Below, in pieces: positions 54,170 through 64,000 of a stretch of DNA of 64,000 bases. The position numbers and the translations under genes are program-made. Origin of the DNA: Eledone cirrhosa (lineage: Eukaryota); NCBI GenBank assembly GCA_964016885.1, contig OZ024743.1, forward strand, positions 195,858,001 to 195,922,000, written 5' to 3'. Within the stretch, counting starts at the first letter, position 1. Every line of letters starts with the position of its first letter. The notes beneath the pieces are model-generated. The model was not told where the DNA came from. It saw only the letters and a program-made list of their open reading frames with translations, and made no database searches.

Positions 54170-54900
54170 AGCTTCTTCCGAGTTTCTAATGCATCATCCG
54201 TTTTCCCTCTGTGCTTCTGAGGTGTGTGCACTATTGTGTCTTCTTAGTTATGTGGATTACAGACTCCTCCTATTATTCTTTTGTTTTGGAGTTTAGGGAT
54301 TTGTTATGGAATTTCATATGATATTTCAGTCTGTTCTCTAGTGGGCGATGTGTATAATGGCAATTGTGTTATTTTGTCGTAGAATATATGTTATGTATGT
54401 TTTCGTTATGTTTTACTATTGTTTCTTCTGTCTTGAAAGCATTCTACTTAATATGTGTGCAGTACATCGTAATGTTATTTTCTGTATTTTAGTTATGTTT
54501 CTATTTGTGTGAATTTTTATCATTCCCAGTACACCTATTAAATGTTTGTTTAATAGGTGTACACTATTGTTTGTTTTGATAATTTATATTCAGGTTATTT
54601 GTATCTCCAGATCTTTATATTTGAATCATTTTTTCCTTGCGAAATATATTGCGCTCTATTGCGAGAAGTACGTCGTTTAGAAGACATTTCCTTTCCTGGT
54701 GTTTTTGACTACAATACAATGTCGATTAGCCTTGATATCTATGTATGCATTAGCATATCACAGACTATAGTTGACATATTTTCTGGTGTAAGACTACATC
54801 AACTATTTGTTGGAATTTCCTAACGCTAATATAATTCAGGTGTAATCCAATCAGTTTGTTCAACTATTTTATAATTAATATACGTATTGTAGCAGGTCTT
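54170..54900 (-). mobile_element. Possible highly decayed LINE ORF2 fragment
   Basis: Minus strand shows ANAYI and LLAIERNIF, echoing ANAYI and LTALERLLF of the Tx1 ORF2. Weak. Confidence 0.3.
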
Positions 54901-55431
54901 CATAAGAGAAGTAGATTTTACATTTTCAGGTTTCCCCAATTATCTTAAAGGAGAACTTGCACAACACGCTCCTGGGGTTGAGGGTTGTACTATCTACGGG
55001 GTATTAAACAACCCATTTGTAACGCCAACCTCCTATTGGGATTTCGATTGTTGAATTTGTTTGTTTAAATGTTTTTTACACGATTGTATGTAAAATCCCC
55101 GGCATATATCCTTGTATTGCCCCCTTTTCTTGTGCGCCCTTGTGGCAAATAAAGAAATATATCTTAATAAGCTTATCAGTTTATGTAAAGACCCTCTTCG
55201 GTGATGAATGATCATGGGATTTGCACCTAGAAAGTTTCCCTCCGAGGCACAAGTCCAGATAAAGTTGTTTGTGGAAAACCAGCAGTCGCCCATGCTTATC
55301 AGCCTCCTCTCTTCACGTCACCGATGCAAGCCCAATGCTCTAACCACTAAGCCATGCGCCAACATCAGTTTATATATATATATATAGCCGTCGAAACGGC
55401 TTGAGCTCTGCCGTCGGAGTTAAACATTTTC

Positions 55432-55490
<59 letters not shown>

Positions 55491-55549
55491 ATGTGTGTGT
55501 GTGTGTGTATAATTATTATTACTATATATATATATATAAATATATATAA

Positions 55550-55624
<75 letters not shown>

Positions 55625-55626
<2 letters not shown>

Positions 55627-56226
55627 GCAAATCACTGACGAAGGACTATTTTTATCATATGTAACCCATGTGCAACCACGCAGTATTCTTCTTTCTTCTC
55701 ATGCTTTTTATATATATTTACCTCGGCTGCGTTTGTCTGTTTCTCTCTTACTGCTTCCCCGTTCTCTCTGTTACTCTCACCTTCATTCGCCGTCTCTGTC
55801 AGTTACACTTTCTCTCGACTGACCTCTTCCTCGCACTTCCATTCACTCACTCTCTGTTTCTCCCCTTCTCACTTCCCCCCGTTTGGCTAGTAGTGGGTTC
55901 TCTTCTTGCTCACATCTCACTCACGTCGGACGGTCTGTACCTTGATCGCTCATGAAATCCACCCAGCTTATGCTGACCGAATAACCATGTTGTTTGTTTA
56001 TTCCCATCTTTGCGTTGCTTTCATCCTTCTATATTGTTTACTTGTCTCACCCGCTTTACGCGATTTACTTGTCCCAATAGCTTTTTTTAGTTATTGCTCG
56101 CACCAACCTGGGGTATATGATTTTTAATGCGATGAAATATCAATGATGGTTGGCAAATCACTGGCGAAGGACTATTTTTATCATATGTAACTCATGTGCA
56201 ACCACGCAGTATTCTTCTTTCTTCTC

Positions 56227-56230
<4 letters not shown>
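55625..56230. repeat. 526-nt unit with ~80-nt terminal direct repeat between microsatellites (pLTR-like)
   Basis: tggcaaatcactg(a/g)cgaaggact...cttctcatg at 55625 and 56151. Confidence 0.7.
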
Positions 56231-56307
<77 letters not shown>

Positions 56308-56454
56308 GGGTGTATATGATTGTGTATAGAAGATTATATTAATAAGAGGAATTCCAACTTTGTCTGATTTACTCGTTTTATTTACAATCCTTTAAAATTT
56401 ATAATGGTATTATAATGAAATAGTATGATAGAATATTAAATTATAAGTTTTAAT

Positions 56455-56493
56455 TGAACAAGTACTTTCATGCTTTCGCAATTTTCAGGTTCA
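56455..56493 (-). ncRNA. Minimal HHR with C3/A8 mismatch
   Basis: Minus strand reads tgaac-CTGAAAA-t-tgc-gaaa-gca-t-GAAA-gtac-TT-gttca. Confidence 0.7.
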
Positions 56494-56807
56494 TAATATG
56501 TGGTGACAGTCAAGTTTGCAATTTTCAACTGTAATGAGATGGGTAAATTTTGTACCTTATATACAGTGAAAAGTGGCTCCAGAATGCTAAATCTTGCAAA
56601 CCGTATTTCGACCAATCGGTGTGTAGTTTCACTGAATTACTAAAGCTGATTGGTTTAAGCGTCACGGCTGGTTGAGCATGTCTAACGACCAATAATTAAT
56701 CCTATCCAAAGCATCAATTGTTTTGCTATTTTTAGAAATGATGAAAGTAACATTTTCTAGTAATCATCACCATCAACATCACTTGTATTATTATTATTAT
56801 TGTTGTT

Positions 56808-56855
<48 letters not shown>

Positions 56856-56917
56856 AGTGGTCGTAATCGACATGGTCGTAGTCATAGTCATAGTAGAAGT
56901 AATACCCCTAAGCGTTA

Positions 56918-58873
56918 TTATTGTTCATTTAGCTTGGGTTTGAATTTATCAATAAAATTATTTTCTTTGATTTTTCTCTTGATTTCACTTGGGCTGTGTA
57001 ATTTGTAGAATGGGAATATTATAAATATTCCCTGACCACATGTTGCTAGATGGTTACTTAGGGGTATCTGACGGACATTTGGGTCTCTGATTTGCTGACG
57101 GTGTACCCGTGCACGTTCCGATAATGCATTTCCAGTTGGACCGACATATAGTTCTTCACAATTCGGGCATTTAATGCAGTAAATTAGATTTCTGCTTTTG
57201 CAGTTCATATTTGCATTTGGGAATATTTTTCCAGTTTTTGTTTTCATATATTGACCGGCGTGTATGGATTGACATGTGCCGCATCTACTATCATTGCATT
57301 TAGATACAGTGAATGATTGGTCTTTGTTGTTAAGGTCAAACTTTGTTTTTGTTAGTAATTGCTTCAAATTTTTCGGCTGTCTTTTACTAAGAGTCAAAGA
57401 TCGATCTGTGATTAAGCCTTTTAATTCATTACTTTGAGCAATGATCGGTAGGTTTGCTTTGGCAGTGTTGAAGATATTCTGGTGACATGGGTTGTGTGTC
57501 ATTATAAATGGTATGACCAGTTCTTGGTTTCTTCTTCCTTGGGTTGTCCTAAGTTGTTGTATAGGTATTTTTATAGCCCGCTGTATGCCATTTTCTATAA
57601 GTAGAGATGGGTATTTTTGTTTGAGCAAAAATTCTCTTAGTTCTGTTAGGCGTTTGTACCTGGTATTCGTATCTTCTACAATGGTACAAATTCTTCTGGC
57701 TAGGCAGTATGGGGTGTTGCGTTTTGTATCAGGTGGATGGCACGACTTAAAATTCAGATATTGATGGGTGTCTGTGTGTTTATAATATATATCCGTGGTA
57801 ATGGTGGTGTCGTTTTTTATTATCATTATATCTAGGAATGGTAATTTGGTCCTACTCATCTCTTTTGGGAATTGGAGAGATGGGTGTAGGTTATTCAGGA
57901 GGATATTGAACTCATCCGGAGTATCTAGAGATTCTGTCCAGATGATGAAACAGTCGTCAAGGTATCGCTTCCAAGATTTTTCAATGTACTTTCTAAAGTC
58001 AATACTATATTTTTCCTCTATTTCTTGGTAGAGTTGTTGTTCTAAGTATCCCATTACAGAGTTCGCGTAAACGGGAGCAAACTTCGTTCCCATCGCTGTG
58101 CCTCTAATTTGGATGTAATTCTTTCCATTGAAGAAGAAAGTGTTGTTTTCCAGAATAAGTTTAACTGCATCTAATATAAATGGCGCTGTGAATCTGATGG
58201 GAATCACTTCTCTATGTTTTTCCACCCAGTATTTAACCGCCTTTATTCCTAAATCATGTGTAATGTTGGTGAAAAGGCTTACCACATCAAAACTAAGTAG
58301 AAGTGAATTCGTTTCCGTGGTTTTGGGAAGATGGGACAGGAAGTCGATATCATCCCGGATGAAACTGGGTATGTGAATACATAGTGGTTTCAAAATAATG
58401 TCAACAAAATTGCTTAGACGGTGGGTAGGGCATGTTGGACCAGCTAAAATAGGTCTAAGTTTTAAGTCTTTTGGGTGTAGTAATTTAATGTACTCACTGT
58501 TTTGTTCTCTTACTGCCAGTTGGATTTCTTTTGACTTATGAACTTTCGGTAGGCCATACAGGTTGCTGGGTTTTGGCTCAAAATTGGTGATGTCTCTTTC
58601 CTGATCAGTAAGTGAGTTGTGGTATTTTGAAGCCAGGTTGTTGATCTTCTTCATGATGTTGTGGTCTATATTTGACGGTATTTCATGATAGAATGTTGTG
58701 TCTTTCAGTTGTTCCTCAACCAAGTCTTTGTAGTATTCAGCATCCATTATAACAACTGCACCCCCTTTATCTGTTTGTTTAATTATTATTGTTTTATCAT
58801 TTTGTATACGTTTAAGTGCAGACATTTCTGATTTGTTAATGTTTGGCCTAACATTAGTATTACGTCTAAGAGG
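56918..58873 (-). CDS. Penelope-like RT + GIY-YIG endonuclease, uninterrupted but lacking its N-terminus
   Basis: IKQTDKGGAVV, LYGLPKVHK, LRPI, FDVVSLFTNI, GTAMGTKFAP, RYLDDCF, KCNDSRCGTC, LIYCIKCPNCEELYVG. The ORF-track start lies in the flanking (TA)n. Confidence 0.9.
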   Translation of the reverse strand, partial: PLRRNTNVRPNINKSEMSALKRIQNDKTIIIKQTDKGGAVVIMDAEYYKDLVEEQLKDTTFYHEIPSNIDHNIMKKINNLASKYHNSLTDQERDITNFEPKPSNLYGLPKVHKSKEIQLAVREQNSEYIKLLHPKDLKLRPILAGPTCPTHRLSNFVDIILKPLCIHIPSFIRDDIDFLSHLPKTTETNSLLLSFDVVSLFTNITHDLGIKAVKYWVEKHREVIPIRFTAPFILDAVKLILENNTFFFNGKNYIQIRGTAMGTKFAPVYANSVMGYLEQQLYQEIEEKYSIDFRKYIEKSWKRYLDDCFIIWTESLDTPDEFNILLNNLHPSLQFPKEMSRTKLPFLDIMIIKNDTTITTDIYYKHTDTHQYLNFKSCHPPDTKRNTPYCLARRICTIVEDTNTRYKRLTELREFLLKQKYPSLLIENGIQRAIKIPIQQLRTTQGRRNQELVIPFIMTHNPCHQNIFNTAKANLPIIAQSNELKGLITDRSLTLSKRQPKNLKQLLTKTKFDLNNKDQSFTVSKCNDSRCGTCQSIHAGQYMKTKTGKIFPNANMNCKSRNLIYCIKCPNCEELYVGPTGNALSERARVHRQQIRDPNVRQIPLSNHLATCGQGIFIIFPFYKLHSPSEIKRKIKENNFIDKFKPKLNEQ

Positions 58874-60654
58874 ATATATGTATATATACACATATATACA
58901 TATATATATATGTGTGTGTGAGTGTGTATGTGTACGTATATCAGTGGGGGGATATGTGTGTGTATATTACATATGTATGTATATATATTAGTATATGTAT
59001 TATTATCGTATATGTATAATTATATATGCGATGGTATGTATTTCTAGGTATATTATCTGAGTTTATATGTATGTGTGTGTATTTCTGCGTATGTTTGCGT
59101 GGGGGCGTTCTCAGTAAAACTCGATATCTGTTGAAACAAAATACACTGTTATTTAAATCAGAACATAAAATTGGCGTTCGATTACTGAGATAAAATCAAT
59201 ATTGACTTTATTTATTGATCTTTGTAAGTTCGCACCCTACACATTCGGGTATATCGAACATTAGCATAGCTTTACCTTAATAGCATATGTTGCTTCCCTT
59301 GCTTTTGTCTTTGTTAAAATAATTTCTATTATATAATGTGTTACTTCTGAGCCAAATGGATATGTACCTCGCTCCCTCTCTCTCCCCTTATCTAGCTATC
59401 TTTCTATCTTTCAATCTATCTATATGATTAGATATTTATTTATCTATCTATCTATCTCTCTGCCAATATATCTATCTGTCTATATATTTATCTATCTATC
59501 TATCTACCTACCAACCTACCTTCTTACACACCTATCTATCTACCTATCTACCAAACTACCTACCTACCTACCTATCTATCTATCTATCTGCCTATCTGTC
59601 TATCTATCAATCTATTTTTCTATTTATCTATCTGTCTATCTGTCTATCTACGTATCTATCTAACTTTACGAAAGTTAAACCAATTTCGTATACGTCATAT
59701 ATGTGTGCGCATGAATCCGTGTGTGTGCGTGCGCCCGTACGTCCTTGTACGTTTGCGTGCGTGTGCCTATGCATGTGCGGGCGTGTGCATGTTTTATATT
59801 GAAAACACGAATGTTATACAGAAACTGCGTTATATGACAGCTGCAGCTTGATAACATTAGCCTCCCCTATACTAGTAACTAGTGTCGGCCGGTGGATGGT
59901 TTACGAAAAATATCCCCCCAAAATGCTGGCCTAGTGCTAATACTAGAAAGAAAGAATTATGTTATTATGCTAGTTTAATTTCAGCATTATTTCGTTAGTT
60001 TCGAATTCAGTAGGAATGAATGAAAACATTTTTGTTAATTTAAGTTACGAAATGCAGTTTCACTTTGTGTTAAAGAATTGTAATGATATATAATACAAAT
60101 TATAGAATATATAAACACATGTTCATCTGTTAATAAATAATTTTCCCATGTAAATTTCAGAATACACAAAGTAGAACATATTTTAATCTTTATATTATAT
60201 ACACGTTGTAATAACGGAGCTTATCCTCTTCTAATATGAATGAGTATCAACTGTTGTTCTTCCATTAAGAAGATTGTTTGAGTGATAACCTATATTAATT
60301 AACCAAAATTAATTAGTTTAGTCTTACATATTTTGGTGCATTATGAAGCGCTAGTTATTTTAATTTCAAACTGAGCGCATAGCCTAAATATTTGCTACAG
60401 GAATAATTCCACAAAATCAAAATTATGTGACATATGTGAGGTTAAGCTGAGCAGTATTATTAGGTGTCTATGTATGTAAGGTCACGTAACTCCTGATTGG
60501 GTCGTATTTACGATGACATACAGTGACTCATGAGCATTTTAAAACTTAGCGGAGCCTATCAGCTCTCACCAGGTTTGAACAGAGCCGATTTCGTCCTAAG
60601 AATGAGGGAGAGACTGATAGAGAGCAAGGGAGAAAGACATACAGAGGAAGACTT

Positions 60655-61072
60655 GATCCAAGTACTGAACTGGTGATTTTTTTTATTGACCTCGAAATGG
60701 TGAAAGCCAAAGTTGAGCTTGGCAGGTTTTGAACTCAGAGAACAGAGAGTTACAGCGAATACCGCAAAGCATTCTAATCAACGTTCTAATGACTCTAATT
60801 CGCTATCTATTATTTTTGGTTGATAAAATAGAGTACCAGTAATGTACTGAGCAATTGATGGCCTTGTGCCAAAATTAGAAACAATTATTATTGTCAGTAT
60901 CGGTAGAGGGTCTGACGCCACACTTTGCAGCAAAAGGTTACGGCCCTTTATGGACTGAGTTCAAATCCCACCGAGATTAACTTTGCCTTTCATCCTCAAG
61001 TGCTCGATAAAATAAAGTGCCAGTAATACAATGGTATAATTGCTGGCCTTGTGCCAAAAGTAGAAACTATTA
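60655..61072. mobile_element. Nin/Deu-like SINE copies (one -, two +)
   Basis: Same consensus modules as at 21855 and 34735. Confidence 0.75.
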
Positions 61073-61990
61073 TTAGGTTTACCACCCGGCAAAAGAAGAC
61101 CGTGGTGTTTTCGTAGCACCAACATAGTGAGGTTGTTTTCATGAATCAGGAGGTCTACCTTATTTAGCGGTCTTTTACAATTCGATGTAATTAAGATAGC
61201 CATATTTAGGATATTCTCTGGTCGAGGATGAAAAGTTACAGACAACTAAGAACAACAATTTCTATAAACTGGAAAGACTATCAAAACTATCAACGGGGAA
61301 AATAACTGTAAACCCAAAGATAAAAATGATATAAAAGGTTCTACAAAGATTACGTTGCCCATATAGGTTAGATACAGTTGACTGACCCCAGAGAATAGAT
61401 TTGGTGGTGATGAAATTCATAAACAATGAACATTCAGATATAGCAAAACATAAGAATTTTAGTAAAAGAAAAAGAAAAATACACATTTTGAAAGAAATCT
61501 ATATACATATAAATGTGTGTTTTTCGATTTTTAAAGTAAGGCCGTGTATATGTAACTATGTAATATAGTGCAAATCGATACATATTGAGAGAAAACCTAG
61601 TTGCTGTTTATTATCTGTGTAATTGTTTGTGCAGCAATATTGAAGTTTAATAATAAAATCTAATACTAATAATAATAATGGCTCCCTCATATGGATAGAT
61701 ATACAAATGAAAAGGGGGAATGACGAGAGCAAGCCAGTGAAACAGAAAGAGGATATTGCATAAAATGAATCATTATAGACTGTGATTTTGATCCTATCTA
61801 TATGTTGGCAGAACAATTTGTTGGTTTATTCCAAATATTTAAAATAATATTAAAAACAACAGTAGCCATTGTAATAATATGATACCAATTACTAAAACAA
61901 ACATTATCAAATTGTATATGTCTATTGTATAACGACCTTGCCCCTACGATGGATTTATATAAATTTGTCCAGCCTGCATGAATAGTGTGA

Positions 61991-62280
61991 AGGCACGTGA
62001 CCTAATGGTAAGGGTGTTGGACTTACGATCATAATGTCATGGATTCGAATCCTAGGCTGGGTTGCATGTTGTGTCCTTGAGCAAAACACTTTATTTCACG
62101 TTGCTCCAGTAAACTCAGCTGAAAAAAGAAATGAGTACCAACAATAGCAAGGGGTTTAACAATACGATGGACTGGCGTCCGGTCCAGGGGGGAGTTTGTA
62201 CTTTTAGTCACTTCATGCCACGGAAACCGGGATAAGCACCGGCCTGATGAGCCTCCGGGCTCTAGACAGACTTTTTAGAC
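61991..62280 (+). mobile_element. Full-length tRNA-derived SINE (second family)
   Basis: A-box tgacctaatgg, B-box gattcgaatcc, tgtgtccttgagcaa domain, and tail gaaaccgggataagcaccggcctgatgagcc. Confidence 0.8.
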
Positions 62281-62394
62281 ATGTAATATAACCACTATCT
62301 TTTTAATGTTTACTGTACTCTATGTGCAATCTGTTCTTAACAAAAGCAAAATCTTTAGAAAGTGTTTTGAAGCATTTCTGTGCGCCTTTTTACT

Positions 62395-62920
62395 ATCTAA
62401 GTTCAAATTTTATCGAGGTGGAATTTTTCTTTCATGCTTCCATGGTCGATCAAATAAAATATTATTATGTAATCGAATTCTCTCTCCCGACCACACGTTG
62501 CTGGCCCTGTGCCAATCCTAAAAGGAATTATCATTATGGCAGAGCCATTAGATCGTTGCCCAATGGCTTAGCAGTATTTGTTCTGATTCATTGCGTTCTG
62601 AGTTCAAATCCCGCTGAGGCCATTTTTGTCTTTCATCCTTTCCGGGTCGATAGAATAAAGCACCAGGATAGAACGGGGGTCGATTTAATCGACATTGTTC
62701 ATCCCTTCAAATTGCTGGTCTTGTACCGAAAGCAGAAACAAATAATAATTTTTTCTACTTTTGGCACAGGGCCAGCAATTTGAACGAAAGTGGAAAGCCG
62801 ATTAGATCAAATCCAGTACTTAACTGGTACTTTGTTTTATCAGTATCAGAAGGATAAAAGGCAAAGTTGACTTTCGTGGAATTCAAATTCAGAACATACG
62901 TTGTTTCTACTTTTGGCACA
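62395..62920. mobile_element. Nin/Deu-like SINE copies (two +, one -)
   Basis: gagttcaaatcccgctgaggccattttt gtctttcatcctttccgggtcgata and its reverse complement. Confidence 0.7.
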
Positions 62921-64000
62921 AATAGAAGTACAATTTCATGTTGCGCCGCTCGTTATAAAGATTGGGGTTACAATATATGTAGGCTTGAAAAAGTTATATA
63001 AAATGAGGGCATGGGCAAGGACGATATACAAGAGACAAATAAACTAGTAATATTTTTGTCGTTTTTTTAATATTTGTAATTTCAATTGTTGCTGCTGTAT
63101 TTAGTATTGTTTTAAATATTTCGAATTCACCAACAATTAGTCTCCAAATATATAATTTAGCTATAATTCCATCAGCCATTTCGACAGCTGACGAATAAAC
63201 AGCTGACAGTTCAGGGTCAGAAGAGTGTTTTTACTGGTCAGTTATGGTGAGTTCCATTTTCGTTTTAATCTCTGAGCAGCTGCGATTAGTCCTGTCTTTC
63301 CTGACATTTTTACAGCTGAATATTTTTAACCCTGTACAGTAGCTCGTAAGGCCAGTCCGCCTCTGCCATCAGCTCTCTGAAATATTTCATGAGATCGTTC
63401 GTAAAATCAAGCCTTCTTATCATTTGTCATTGCCATTGCTATGACCTTCACAAATTTATGAAGAGGTGATATCTTCAATGTTTCTGGCAAGTTTACTTCA
63501 GTTTCTTATTTTTTCACCTGTTCCTCCGGGGGCAGAATATTGTTATACAAATAACAGGAAGATTCCCTACTCATGTGGTTAATGTATGGCCTGCGCTTCT
63601 TAATAATATCCCATATGTGGGTTTTCAATTCACATTGTCTTGAACAAGATATATCTGAATGCAATTGTAGTTCTCGCCCAATTTCCTCGCATAATTTCTT
63701 TTTTGCGTAATGTTGTTTGTTCCCGGCTGATGTATGATTGTACTTATTCTATTGTGCCAGCCATGATGCTGATATCTAAATGTATCTATGCGCTTACGGC
63801 TCATGCACATATTTTATTTATGTCATCCTTTTCCATGCTACTGTTACTTTTACTGTATTTGTTGTCAGTATCTGTCATTAATGTCACTTTCGCCACTGTT
63901 GCTTTTATTGTTGTTCAAGTCATTATCGCAGATGTCTACATTACCATTATCGATTTAAAAAAATAATAAAATCTTCAACAATATTGTTCATGTAAGTGTT

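Larger units (their letters stand above)
56305..58873 (-). mobile_element. 5'-truncated Neptune-type Penelope-like element with 3' pLTR, flanked by (TA)n
   Basis: Open RT-EN frame, (AAC)n in the 3' UTR, CCAAT-rich pLTR and an HHR at 56455-56493. Confidence 0.92.
61075..63960 (-). pseudogene. Possible decayed macro-domain (PARP9/14/15-like) coding fragments, interrupted by SINEs
   Basis: Minus-strand peptides LDISIMAGTIE, GENYNCIQIYLV, DGIIAKLYI(G)D..ILNTAA and RPLNKVDLLIH resemble macro-domain motifs. Many stops and frameshifts. Confidence 0.25.

Noticed and set aside
55625-56170. atca-CTGACGA ... GAAA-tatcaa-tgat as an HHR in the 526-nt unit
   Set aside because: No stem II pairing and no UH cleavage site; the second copy reads CTGGCGA.
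61991-62062. tRNA gene
   Set aside because: A and B boxes are present but run into a SINE body, with no full cloverleaf.
62221-62262. GAAAC...CTGATGA in the SINE tail as a type II hammerhead
   Set aside because: Stems do not close in HHR geometry. This is a common SINE 3' tail hairpin.

Overview
AT-rich, microsatellite-saturated animal genomic DNA. The SINE families suggest a coleoid cephalopod, probably Octopus (inference). No intact host gene is visible, and most short ORFs in the track are microsatellite translations. The window holds three Penelope-like retroelements (one Naiad-type, two Neptune-type), a full-length decayed Helitron, two non-autonomous Helitrons, a full-length Tx1/L1-clade LINE in an (ATT)n tract, RTE fragments, mariner MITEs, many tRNA-derived SINEs and possible decayed RRM/macro-domain (PARP14-like) exons. 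The main hidden signal is non-coding. By eye I can fold about 25 type I hammerhead ribozyme (HHR) motifs from a dozen or so sequence families. They lie in Penelope pLTRs, in retrozyme-like tandem arrays (5 x 310 nt, 2 x 317 nt, 2 x 424 nt) and in back-to-back palindromic pairs, and are usually embedded in (TA)n. Several have non-canonical cores: U3-A8 covariation, a CUGAAUGA insertion, GCAA for GAAA, or 100-200 nt stem II inserts. All folds are manual and none has been tested.
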